A DNA stretch of 64,000 nt from Myxococcota bacterium (GTDB lineage Bacteria > Myxococcota_A > UBA796 > SXON01), in contig JAZKFH010000084.1 of NCBI GenBank assembly GCA_040386535.1, forward strand, positions 1 to 64,000. The letters run 5' to 3'. A program made the position numbers and the translations under genes. The notes beneath the pieces are model-generated. The model saw nothing but the letters and a program-made list of their open reading frames with translations, had not been told where the DNA came from and ran no database searches. Shown here one piece after another: positions 21,973 to 30,985 of this stretch; position 1 is the first letter of the stretch; the number at the start of each line of letters is the position of its first letter.

Positions 21973-22023
21973 TCGGGAACGCACGCACAAGCACGATCGA
22001 GAGGGCGCACCCGGCGCGGCGCC

Positions 22024-22166
22024 GGGCCGGGTGTCCTGCGGGGTCGGGCGGCGCCCTCCGTCGCCCGGCTTCGTGCCGGCCGACGGGCGCGGGCCAGTGA
22101 CATCGGGATGGCCTCCGGCCCGCGGGAATCGCGCCGCCCGCGCCCCCCTCCGGCCCCCCTTGCGCG
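22024..22166 (+). repeat. Dispersed multi-hairpin repeat family, copy 2
   Basis: GGGCCGGGTGTCCTGCGGG is identical to the start of the 42534 copy; hairpin, then TCCGTC..GACGG stem, then CCCTCCGGCCCCCCT. Confidence 0.7.
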
Positions 22167-22177
22167 TCCGGTGGTGG

Positions 22178-22531
22178 CTATGACCCGTCGGTGGGCGCTG
22201 CACCGACGCAGCTCGCCTCCGTGATGCACCCCGCCGCCGCGTCCCACACGGGCGCGTCGCTGTCGCAGGTGCAGCCCTGCTCGCAGATCGCCGGGCTCTC
22301 CAGCTCGTTGAACACTGCGCCGTCGATGCACCACGCCTGCACCACGGCACAGTCGTTCCAGTCGCCGCCGGTCGCGGTGCACGCGGACGGCTCTCCACAC
22401 CCGTGCAGGACGGCCAAAACGAGCGCGCCGAGCACCGAGACGAGGCCACCGCCTGCACGTTTCGCCCCGACCGTAGGGGGAAGGACGACCTGGGAAACTG
22501 TGTTGGGCGCGAGCTGCGAGGCGTTGTGCAT
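22178..22531 (-). CDS. Small Cys-rich putative lipoprotein
   Basis: Hydrophobic segment + LHGC, then 8 further Cys (C..TGG.W..C, CEQGCTC, GCI..SC); start uncertain. Confidence 0.6.
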   Translation of the reverse strand: MHNASQLAPNTVSQVVLPPTVGAKRAGGGLVSVLGALVLAVLHGCGEPSACTATGGDWNDCAVVQAWCIDGAVFNELESPAICEQGCTCDSDAPVWDAAAGCITEASCVGAAPTDGS

Positions 22532-22572
22532 CGCGTCACCCTTACACGAAGACGTCAGGGCCGGAGGCTCCC

Positions 22573-22678
22573 CGCGCGAGGGATCTGGAGGGCGGCCGCC
22601 CCTGGCTCGGCAGGGGCGGCCGGTCCCGCCCGCCGCGGGCGGACCAAGGCCGCAGGCCGCGCCCGCAAGACCCCGGCC
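22573..22678 (-). repeat. Dispersed multi-hairpin repeat family, copy 3 (inverted relative to copy 2)
   Basis: Minus strand GGCCGGGGTCTTGCGGG..GGCC tgc GGCC-TTGGTC..GGACCGG..CCGCCCTCCAG..CCCTCGCG. Confidence 0.7.
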
Positions 22679-22804
22679 GCGGCGTCCTCGCCGCGGACGC
22701 GCACAGACGACGTTCGCGCGAGGACTCCCGTTGCCGACAGAAATGATTCGTTATGGATCTCGCACGCGAAATCGGAGACACTCGGGGCTCAACGCGAGGT
22801 TCGA

Positions 22805-24811
22805 ATGTCTACCGCTCCGTCCCTTCCGCAACACGATGGTCTGATCGCCCGGGCTGCCCGCGCCGCGCAGCTCGCGGCCACGCAGAAGACGCTGACCTAC
22901 TCGTACACGACCGTGGTGGCGCCGCTCGGTGTGGCGGCGAGCGTGCCGAAGGACCAGGAGGTGGCGCTGGTGCTCGCGGGGACGGCCGTGTTGCGTGTGC
23001 TCGAGCTGGTCGGCAACGTACTGGCGAAGGCGACGAAAATCTTCGGCGAGGGCGCGCCACGCGACGAGCGTTTGGCCTGGAGCGCGCCAGAGCTGGTGGC
23101 GGTCGGCGGCGTCGTGGAGGAGCTGCACTCGGGCCACGAGCGCCTCACCGAGCTGCTCACGTCGCTCCATGCGCGGCCGGCGCGCGCGGGGGTGCGGGCG
23201 ATGACTTCGTCGAAGGGCCTCTTCAGCCGCGTCGAGGGCGTGGTGGTGAGCGCGGTCGAGGACGTCGTCACCGGTGATCTGCTCCACCTCGGCGACCCCG
23301 CGGAGGAGGCCTTCGACGTCATCGGCAAGCTGTTCAAGGCGCTCATCAGGGAGACGGGCCAGCTGCTGCTGAAGTACCTCGACCTGTACGGTGAGGCGCC
23401 GGCGATCGCCGCCTTCGCCGAGCAGTTCCAGACCATCCGCGTGCCCGAGATCCAGAGCAACTGCCTGGACGACCGCATGTTCGCCCACATGCGCGTGGCC
23501 GGGCCCAACCCGCTGATGATCCAGGGGATTCGCGCGCTGCCCGCCACGTTCCCGGTCACGGACGCGCAATTCCAGGAGACCATGGGCGCGCAGGACTCCC
23601 TGGCGCGCGCCGGGGCCGAGGGGCGGCTTTTCCTGTGTGATTACGCCGCGCTGTCCGGCGTGGAGGCGGGCACGTTCCCGAGCCAGCAGAAGTACCTCAC
23701 CGCGCCGCTCGCCCTGTTCGCGGTGCCGCCGGAGAACGCGCGCGACCGCGCCCTGCGCGCCGTCGCGATCCAGCTGGCGCAGGCCCCCGCCAACGACGCG
23801 CCGATCTTCACCCCCACCAGCGCCGCGTGGCCGGTTGCAAAGCTGCACGTGCAGGTGGCCGACGGCAACTACCACGAGATGATCTCGCACCTGGGCCTCA
23901 CCCACCTGGTCGTCGAGGCGTTCGCGGTCACGACGCCGCGCCACCTCGCGGAGGACCACCCCCTCTACCTGCTGCTCGCGCCGCACCTGACTGGCACGGT
24001 GTTCATCAACAACGCCGCTGTCACCTCGCTGATCTCGACGGGCGGCATCGTCGACCGTATCCTGTCGGGCACGATCGCGTCCTCGGTGAAGCTGTCCGTC
24101 GACGCCGTCACGTCCTTCGCGGTCAACCAGCAGTTCCTGCCGGACGCGATGGCCCGTCGCAACGTGGAGACGCTCCCTGTCTACCCCTACCGCGACGACG
24201 GCCTGCTGGTGTGGCACGCGCTGCACGCGTGGGTGCAGAGTTATCTCGCGGTCTACTACCCCACCGATGCCGACGTCCAGGGCGACTACGAGCTCCAGGC
24301 CTGGGCGCGCGAGCTCGGCTCCCAGGACGGCGGCCGCCTCGCGGGCGTGGCCGAGCCGGGCGCGGCCGACGGCGGCATCCACACGTTCGGATACCTCGTC
24401 GACATCGTGACGCTCGCGATGTTCACCGCCAGCGCCCAGCACGCCGCGGTGAACTTCCCGCAGAACTTCACCATGAGCTACACCCCCGCCCTGCCGCTCG
24501 CCGCCTACGCCCCGCCCCCCGTCTCGCCGCGCGAGAGCGGAAGTGTCCTCGCGACGCTCCCGCCGCTCCAACAATCGGTGGTGCAGCAGGCGCTCGGCTA
24601 CCTGCTCGGCGGCGTCTACTACACGCGGCTCGGCGACTACGACCGCAACCTCCGCGGAAAGTGGTTCGAGGACCCGCGCGTGCAGGCGCAGCTCGCCCAG
24701 CTCGGGACGGATTTGCGCGCGGTCGAGGTCGAGATCGGCCGTCGCAACCTGACGCGCATTCCCTACATCGTGTTGTTGCCGTCGCAAATCCCGCAGAGCA
24801 TCAACATCTGA
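22805..24811 (+). CDS. Lipoxygenase (non-heme iron)
   Basis: D..FA..RVAGPNP, HEMISHLGLTHL, HPLYLLLAPH, YPYRDDG, D.ELQAW, QHAAVNFPQ, C-terminal IPQSINI. Confidence 0.96.
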   Translation: MSTAPSLPQHDGLIARAARAAQLAATQKTLTYSYTTVVAPLGVAASVPKDQEVALVLAGTAVLRVLELVGNVLAKATKIFGEGAPRDERLAWSAPELVAVGGVVEELHSGHERLTELLTSLHARPARAGVRAMTSSKGLFSRVEGVVVSAVEDVVTGDLLHLGDPAEEAFDVIGKLFKALIRETGQLLLKYLDLYGEAPAIAAFAEQFQTIRVPEIQSNCLDDRMFAHMRVAGPNPLMIQGIRALPATFPVTDAQFQETMGAQDSLARAGAEGRLFLCDYAALSGVEAGTFPSQQKYLTAPLALFAVPPENARDRALRAVAIQLAQAPANDAPIFTPTSAAWPVAKLHVQVADGNYHEMISHLGLTHLVVEAFAVTTPRHLAEDHPLYLLLAPHLTGTVFINNAAVTSLISTGGIVDRILSGTIASSVKLSVDAVTSFAVNQQFLPDAMARRNVETLPVYPYRDDGLLVWHALHAWVQSYLAVYYPTDADVQGDYELQAWARELGSQDGGRLAGVAEPGAADGGIHTFGYLVDIVTLAMFTASAQHAAVNFPQNFTMSYTPALPLAAYAPPPVSPRESGSVLATLPPLQQSVVQQALGYLLGGVYYTRLGDYDRNLRGKWFEDPRVQAQLAQLGTDLRAVEVEIGRRNLTRIPYIVLLPSQIPQSINI

Positions 24812-25326
24812 TTTGGTCGGGTGTGTCATTTTGACGGTGACGCTTGGGAAGGGGCGCCCCGGCTTCGCCGTCGCCCTCCTCCGCGGTCGGCGCGGGGCGC
24901 CTCCGTCCTTCGGACCGGCCGAGGACGGCCGCGCGCGAGCGGGCGACGGGAGGGAATGGCGGGCACGCTCGCTGTCCGGCTGGCGCGGGCAGTGGCTGCT
25001 GAGGCGCGGCTGCGCGGCTGGTTGGGAGATCGGGGCGCGGCAGGAAGCCATGCCGGTGTGAACGCCCGTTTTCCAGAGTCATGCCACCCTGGATGCTCGA
25101 ACCCGGCCCTCCTGCTTGCCGGGGGGTCGGAATAGTGACGGTTGGTCCGTGGGGCGGGCCGAGGGATCTTGCCGGATCGGGCGTTGGGGGAGGCATGACT
25201 TCGATTCGGAGGCGTTCGCGAGGGCATGGGTCCGGGGAGGAGGGTTTGGGCGGCCGGGCGGGGGGCCGCGGCGATTCGGACGCCTGCCCGCGCCACGCTG
25301 TGCGAGACTCCCCCCGAGGACTCCCC

Positions 25327-25821
25327 ATGGGCATGACCGCCTGCTTCCGCCGCGCCGCCGCCGTCGATCTTCCGGGCATCGAGGCGAACCCGGGCGCCGC
25401 CGCCGAGCTGTTGTTCGAGCCGACGGACGCGGGCGCCAGGGGGCCCGTCCAGGTCGACATCGACAAGATGTGGAACGGTCTGCACTGGCTCCTCGCCGGA
25501 GACACCGAGAACACGGACGGGCTCGGCGCGGTGGTGCTCGGCGGTGAGGAGGTCGGCGAGGACTGCGGCTACGGGCCCGCGCGGCTGCATCGCCCCGACG
25601 AGGTGGCCCGCCTGTCCGCGGAGCTGAACGTCGTGACCGAGGATCAGCTGCGCGCCCGCTGGAACCCCGAGCAGATGCTGGCTGACGACGTGTACCCCTC
25701 CATCTGGGACGAGGGCGACGCGGTGTTCGAAGAGGAGCTCCTGCCCGCCTTCCGCCAGGTGCGAGCCCTCTTTGCCGAGGCCGCGGACGCGGGGGAGGGG
25801 GTGCTGGTCGGGATCGCCTGA
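25327..25821 (+). CDS. YfbM/DUF1877 family protein
   Basis: MGM start, DIDKMWNGLHWLL, GYGPAR, VYPSIW, ends in a hydrophobic strand. Confidence 0.88.
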   Translation: MGMTACFRRAAAVDLPGIEANPGAAAELLFEPTDAGARGPVQVDIDKMWNGLHWLLAGDTENTDGLGAVVLGGEEVGEDCGYGPARLHRPDEVARLSAELNVVTEDQLRARWNPEQMLADDVYPSIWDEGDAVFEEELLPAFRQVRALFAEAADAGEGVLVGIA

Positions 25822-25900
25822 GCCAGGCGCCGCCGCCGCGTTGCCCACTGGTCGCCGTCCTCGTTGCGGCGCTTCCGGGCATCCCGGGGGGCCTGACCGC

Positions 25901-26051
25901 GGGGCCCCGGATGTGGCACCTACAAGGCCCTCCGAGGTGCCACAAGTGGGGGTACCCGGCGCGGGCCCCCCAGGATGTGGCACCTCGGAGGCGGAGACAG
26001 GTGCCACAAGTGGGGGTACCCGGCGCGGGCCCCCCAGGATGTGGCACCTCG
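25901..26051. repeat. Palindromic array: partial unit plus two identical 51-bp units, separated by 13-nt spacers
   Basis: AGGTGCCACAAGTGGGGGTACCCGGCGCGGGCCCCCCAGGATGTGGCACCT at 25935-25985 and 25999-26049; partial unit 25901-25921. Confidence 0.93.
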
Positions 26052-26133
26052 CGGGGCCGGCGCGCCGGTTTGTCACCGATGCCTCCTTCGGGAACGGGAC
26101 GCTGTCGGGCGCGCCCGAGCCCCGACGTCACGA

Positions 26134-26240
26134 CGCGCCAGGCGCCCGGAAGTCGGCCGCCCGTCCCCGGGCGGCCGGTCCCCGCCGTCCGCGGCGGGAC
26201 CGAGCAGCTTCGCTGCGAGACTGGAGGGGGCCGACGGGGC
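26134..26240 (-). repeat. Dispersed multi-hairpin repeat family, copy 4
   Basis: Minus strand CCCTCCAGTCTC-GCAGC gaa GCTGC-TCGGTC..GGACCGGCC..CCGACTTCCGGGCGCCTGGCGC aligns to the 51171 copy. Confidence 0.75.
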
Positions 26241-26272
26241 CGCGTCCGCGCGGCCCCCGGGCGCCCGCACCC

Positions 26273-27535
26273 CTACGCCGCCGCCGCCGCCGCCGCGTTG
26301 CCCGCCTCCAGCACACGCCGCGCCTCCGCCCCGCGCCCAAGCGGCACGAGGAGCTCGATGGGCACGTACGGACCGGAGATGTGGACGAGCTGACGGAACC
26401 GCAGGCCGCGCACCCGCGTCGGGATGCCGGCCTGTTCGAGCGCGCGGAGCGCGGGCGGAACGGCGTAGACGCGGTGGAGCTGCCAGGCGACCTCGATGTC
26501 GCCAAAGGCGCGGCGGGCCTGCCACTCGACGTGAAGGTCCCAGGCGTGGGCGCACACGAGCGAGAGGGCCAGCACATCGAGGTAGCCGGCGCCGAACGCC
26601 TCGCTCGAGGTAGCCCACGCCGCCCCTGTCGTGACCAGCACGGCGAACGGCAGGGTGCGCGCCAAGGAGGCTTCGGCCTCGTCCACGGTGCGGCCGGCCA
26701 CGGGGGCGACGTTCCAGGGCAGGTGGAACAATATGGCGTACACGACGCTCCCCACCGCGACGAGCCCCACGGAGACGAGGGTGTGGACGGTGTCGGACCA
26801 GGGGGCGATATCGAGGATCAGGTGGGGCAGGGTGGGGAGGGCGACCAGCGCCACCGGCCCCAACCCCGATGAGAGGAGCGGGACCGCGCCGTCGCTCGAC
26901 CACAACGTCGGGAGGCGCCACGTGCCGTACGCCACGAGCGCGAGCACGACGACGGCCGGCGCGAGGGCGGCCCGTTCGCGATCCTGGAACAACGACGCCA
27001 GCTCGATCGCGGGCAACGCGGACTCCGCCAGCATCAGCCCGACGAGCACGGCAAACCCGTTTCCGAAGCCCCACCGATCGATGATACGCGCCCCGAACCA
27101 ATACAGGCTGCTTCCGGCGGCCAACGTCACGATGGTGAGGATCCGGAAGTTCACTCCCGGGGACAACACGAGGTCGGTCGCGGACGGGGTCAGGACCTGC
27201 TCCAGGCTCAGCGCGATGGCGAACCCCTGGAAGCAGCACAACGCCGCCCACACCCACCGGGTGGCCTTCTCCAGTTGCGCTCGCTCCGCCGGCCCGCCGA
27301 CCCGCAGCGCCCGCCAACGCGCCCGCGTCAGGGCGCCGAACTCCACGAAGAGGAAGCTGGTCATCCACGTCATCGGGCCGAGCACGGTCACGGAAAATGC
27401 GTGTCCGCCCAGCTCGGCCACCGCCGGGGTGTCCAGCCCCGGCAACACCACCTGCCGCGCAGCCAGGAGCGCGGCGACCACGAGGAGGGTGACGAACACG
27501 CGGCGGGGAAGGTCGATCGACGCGGAGGGCGGCAT
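26273..27535 (-). CDS. Divergent SecY-like membrane protein fused to a C-terminal DUF2007-like domain
   Basis: RRVFVTL..QVVLPGLD, FSVTVLGPMTWMTS, TRW..ALCCFQGF, TLAAGS....ARIIDRWGFGNGFAVL parallel SecY TM1-5; C-terminal ALEQAGIP..PIELLVP..AEARRVL. Confidence 0.7.
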   Translation of the reverse strand: MPPSASIDLPRRVFVTLLVVAALLAARQVVLPGLDTPAVAELGGHAFSVTVLGPMTWMTSFLFVEFGALTRARWRALRVGGPAERAQLEKATRWVWAALCCFQGFAIALSLEQVLTPSATDLVLSPGVNFRILTIVTLAAGSSLYWFGARIIDRWGFGNGFAVLVGLMLAESALPAIELASLFQDRERAALAPAVVVLALVAYGTWRLPTLWSSDGAVPLLSSGLGPVALVALPTLPHLILDIAPWSDTVHTLVSVGLVAVGSVVYAILFHLPWNVAPVAGRTVDEAEASLARTLPFAVLVTTGAAWATSSEAFGAGYLDVLALSLVCAHAWDLHVEWQARRAFGDIEVAWQLHRVYAVPPALRALEQAGIPTRVRGLRFRQLVHISGPYVPIELLVPLGRGAEARRVLEAGNAAAAAAA

Positions 27536-27603
27536 GCGCGCGACCGTACGCGTTGGCAGGGAGCCACGCAAGCCTGCGCCAGGCACCAGGCCCTACCCCA
27601 GGC

Positions 27604-30600
27604 CTACCCCAACCCCTCGACCAACCGCGCCGCGAACCGCCCTGACAAGTGATCCCGCAGCAGGGACACGCCCTCGATCGTCCACTTCTCCTCGCGATCC
27701 TCGACCGCGCCGCGGAAGACGCGACGGGGCGGCGCGGCGAAGAAGTGGCGGCGGTGCGGCTCGGTGGGGCGGGGGGTGATCCAGGAGCGGGGCGGGCCGG
27801 GATCGTCGGGGTCGGCGGGCCGGGGCGTGGCCCAGGACTCGCGGGTGCCGGGGTGGACGAGGACACGCACGGCGCCGTCGCGGCCGGTCGTGGACACGAA
27901 CCGATGCACGCCGGCCTCGCTGGCGAACAGGAGCGCGGCGGCGGGGCCGGTCACGAGGAGCTCGACGCCGACGCGCTCGCCGACACGATCGGGGAGCTTC
28001 GCACCGGGAAGGAAGAGCTCCAGCGCGCCGTCGTGGAGGTGGAGCGCGGCGGACTCGACCGTGATGCGCCAGCGCACGGCGAGCGCGCGGTAGTGGGCCA
28101 CCAGGTCGTCGACCGGGGCGGTGTCGAGCCCGTAGACGGCGACCACGGCGCTGCGGGCCTCGGGGTGCACGCGGTCGTAGAGGTCCTGGCACGCGGAGAG
28201 CGCGGCGCGGTCGAGCGTGTCGAGGGGCCCGGCGAACCCGGCGGCGGTGGGGGGCGCCTCGCCGAGGGCGGCCACGCCGAGGTCCATCTCGAGCTGGAGC
28301 GCGTCGGCGGCGAGCGATTGGAGGCGCTCGAGCAGATCGCGGCCCAGCGAAGAGGCGCCGCCAGCTTCCGCGCGGCCCCCTCGCGCCTCGCGGCGCTCTT
28401 CTTCCCGACGCCGGTTGGCCTGCTCCGACGCGTCCAGCTCGGCGTAGGCCGATCCGTCGAGCACATTCGCGAGCGAACGGCGGCGGGCCTGTGCGAGCGC
28501 GTGCAGCGCGTCAAGCGCCGTGTCGCGCCCACGTTTGGACCCGCGGACGAGCTCGATGCGTAGGCCGTCCGCCACGCGCACGTCGGCGGGCATCGGGTCC
28601 TTCCACGCGTCCAGCGCCGCGGCGGTGGGCGCGGCGAGGTGGTCGTGCACGGCGCGGAGCAGCTGCCGCGCGCCCCAGGTGGGGTGGTAGCCGGCCGTCG
28701 CGAGGCGGGCGCGCGCGTCGGGCGTGACGGTGAAGGCGCGGCCGCGCAGCCCGGGCCGCTGGGCGAACGCGGCGAGCTCGCGGGTGAGCACGCGCTCGAC
28801 CGCCTCCGGGGTGAGCGGGGCGAAGGCGAGCACGCGGTCGATGCGGTTGAGCAGCTCGGGGCGGAGCCAGCCGCGCACGGCCTCCTGGAAGGCGGCGAGG
28901 CGGGTGGGGGCGGCGCCGTCGCGGTCGAAGCCGGTCGCCCCACGTTTGGCCTCGGCGCTCCCGACGTTCGAGGTCATCAGGATGACCGTGCTGCAGAAGT
29001 CGGCCGCGACCCCGCTCCCGTCGGTCAGGCGGCCCTCGCCGAGCACCTGGAGGAGGAGATCGAGCACGGCGGGATGCGCCTTCTCGAGCTCGTCGAGCAG
29101 GATCACGGCGAAGGGCTGCCGCCGCACGGCGCCGGTGAGCTGGCCGTCGCCCTCGGGGCCCTCGACCAGCCGGAGCACGGCCGCGGGGCTCGCGTACTCG
29201 CTCATGTCGAACCGGATCATGCGACGGGGATCGCCGAAGAGGAACGTCGCGAGCGCGCGCGCCATCTCGGTCTTTCCCACGCCGGTGGGGCCCACCAGCA
29301 GCATAGAGACGAGCGGCTTGCCCGCGCGCGCAACGTCGGCGGTGACGGTGGCGAGCGCGTCACACACGGCGGTGACCGCCTCGGGTTGGCCAAAGATGCG
29401 GGCGTCGAAGTGGGCGCGGATGGCGGGGTACGACAGCGGCGTGCGGGGATCGACCAGGGCGCGCGGCAGGCCGCTCTCGGCGCAGTAGCGATCGAGCACG
29501 GCGTCGCGACCGAGCTCGACAACGGGGGCGCTCTGCCCGTCTGCCCCGTCCACGGAAGCCGCCGCCGCGGCGTCGGTCGCCAGCCCCTCCAAGAACCGGA
29601 TGCTCCGCCCCGGAAAGCCCGAGTAGGGCGCGAACCGGCGCTGGAGGCGCAGGATTTCGCGGATGGCGTCGGGCCGGAACACCACGCCCAGCGCCCGCCC
29701 CCGCGCCGCGCCCCAGCGCGACACGATGTCCTCCAGGCGCGCGGTCGGCTCGGGGAAGGGGAGCCGCACGAGGCCGTCGAGCATGCCGGGGTAGCGCGCG
29801 TCGAGCCGCGCGAGCTCCTCGGGGGTGGCCTCGCCCAGGAGGCGCACGTCGCCACGCTGCACCGAGGGCGCGAGCGACTCGCCGATGCTGATGCTGTTGC
29901 CCTCGTAGCGGCCGACCTCGAACAGCTCGGCGATCCGGCCCACATAGAGCCAGTCGCGGGACGCCGCGAGCTCGGTACTCAGGCGCGCGAGCGCGTCCTG
30001 CCAGCCGCCGCCCTCGGCGTCGAGCAGCCGCATGAGGAGCTGCGGGGCGGTAGTCTCGCGCACGGTCAGGTTGGCCTCGACCTCGGCCGCCCGCGACCGC
30101 ACCAGCTCGCGCACGAGCGCGGTCTTGCCGACGCCGTGGGGGCCCACCACCACGACGCTCCGCCCGGCGCCCATCGCGCGCACCAGCGCGGCCAGCTCGG
30201 GCTCCAGCCCGTACGCCTCGACGGTCTGCAGCGGGGGCAACACGGTGTCGATCAGCCGCGCCTGCTGCTTCGCGCGGTCGCGCACCTCGTTGGCGGTGGG
30301 CAACGCGAGCGCCGTCGAGACGGGCTCCGCCGTGGCCGCGGTCACCGCGAGGAGCTCGACCAGCGCTTCGCCGTCGAGCGGCGCCTCGCGGGAGAGCAGG
30401 TGCAGCGTGATGCGGGCGCGCAGGCCCTCGCGGGCGGCCTCGGCGCTCTCCCCGGGCCAGGACAGCGCGAGCGAGGGCGCCACGGCGAGCAGGCCGGACA
30501 TCGCCTGCAGGATCACGACGCGCACGCCGATCTCGATGGCGGGGCGCGTGCCCTTGATGCCGCGCACCTCCGGCAGCGTGACCAGCAGCGACTCGGTGGT

Positions 30601-30816
30601 GTGGAGCGTGAGCGCCGGGAACGCCGCGAGCGCCTCGAGCACGCTGTCGCCCTTCCACAGGCCGTCCTGGAGCGCCTCGGCGAGGGCGGCGGCCACGGTC
30701 TCGACGGTGGCGGCCGGCCAGCCCAGCGAGGACCGCAGGAGCGGGCTTGCGACCGTGAGGCCCCCGGCGAGGGTGCGCTGGGTGATCCAGACGGTGAGAT
30801 CGCGCTGAAGGGACAT
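27604..30816 (-). CDS. ClpA/B-like double AAA+ ATPase with C-terminal release-factor-like domain
   Basis: D1 GPHGVGKT with no acidic Walker B (WLYVGRIAE); D2 GPTGVGKT, RFDMSEY, ILLDELEKAHP, RPELLNRID, GARQL; C-terminal VELLVTGPAAALLFASEAGVHRF. Confidence 0.9.
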   Translation of the reverse strand: MSLQRDLTVWITQRTLAGGLTVASPLLRSSLGWPAATVETVAAALAEALQDGLWKGDSVLEALAAFPALTLHTTESLLVTLPEVRGIKGTRPAIEIGVRVVILQAMSGLLAVAPSLALSWPGESAEAAREGLRARITLHLLSREAPLDGEALVELLAVTAATAEPVSTALALPTANEVRDRAKQQARLIDTVLPPLQTVEAYGLEPELAALVRAMGAGRSVVVVGPHGVGKTALVRELVRSRAAEVEANLTVRETTAPQLLMRLLDAEGGGWQDALARLSTELAASRDWLYVGRIAELFEVGRYEGNSISIGESLAPSVQRGDVRLLGEATPEELARLDARYPGMLDGLVRLPFPEPTARLEDIVSRWGAARGRALGVVFRPDAIREILRLQRRFAPYSGFPGRSIRFLEGLATDAAAAASVDGADGQSAPVVELGRDAVLDRYCAESGLPRALVDPRTPLSYPAIRAHFDARIFGQPEAVTAVCDALATVTADVARAGKPLVSMLLVGPTGVGKTEMARALATFLFGDPRRMIRFDMSEYASPAAVLRLVEGPEGDGQLTGAVRRQPFAVILLDELEKAHPAVLDLLLQVLGEGRLTDGSGVAADFCSTVILMTSNVGSAEAKRGATGFDRDGAAPTRLAAFQEAVRGWLRPELLNRIDRVLAFAPLTPEAVERVLTRELAAFAQRPGLRGRAFTVTPDARARLATAGYHPTWGARQLLRAVHDHLAAPTAAALDAWKDPMPADVRVADGLRIELVRGSKRGRDTALDALHALAQARRRSLANVLDGSAYAELDASEQANRRREEERREARGGRAEAGGASSLGRDLLERLQSLAADALQLEMDLGVAALGEAPPTAAGFAGPLDTLDRAALSACQDLYDRVHPEARSAVVAVYGLDTAPVDDLVAHYRALAVRWRITVESAALHLHDGALELFLPGAKLPDRVGERVGVELLVTGPAAALLFASEAGVHRFVSTTGRDGAVRVLVHPGTRESWATPRPADPDDPGPPRSWITPRPTEPHRRHFFAAPPRRVFRGAVEDREEKWTIEGVSLLRDHLSGRFAARLVEGLG

Positions 30817-30985
30817 GGCTCCGCGCGGTTCGGGGCGCGAAGGGCGTCTAACGCGGCGCGGTGCGGCCTCGTGAACGACCCCGGAGGTCGCGTTGCGCGC
30901 GTCCTGGGTAGGCGCCGGCGATCCCTTGACGATCGCCCCCCCTCGGCCTATCGTCCGGGCCGAAAAACGGGGATGTGGCAGACCG

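Noticed and set aside
22010..22700. Integron cassette with attC sites
   Set aside because: No RYYYAAC/GTTRRRY core sites, the repeats are inverted rather than direct, and there is no integrase
25901..26051. CRISPR array
   Set aside because: 51-bp repeats with 13-nt spacers are outside normal CRISPR geometry; only 2.5 units; no leader or cas genes
26273..27535. Housekeeping secY
   Set aside because: Too divergent, has an extra C-terminal domain and lacks the rplO/adk context; treated as a paralogue with no gene symbol
9846..30816. Canonical clpA/clpB/clpC or T6SS clpV assignments for the three AAA+ genes
   Set aside because: No Clp-N repeats, degenerate D1 motifs, no ClpB middle domain and no T6SS genes nearby
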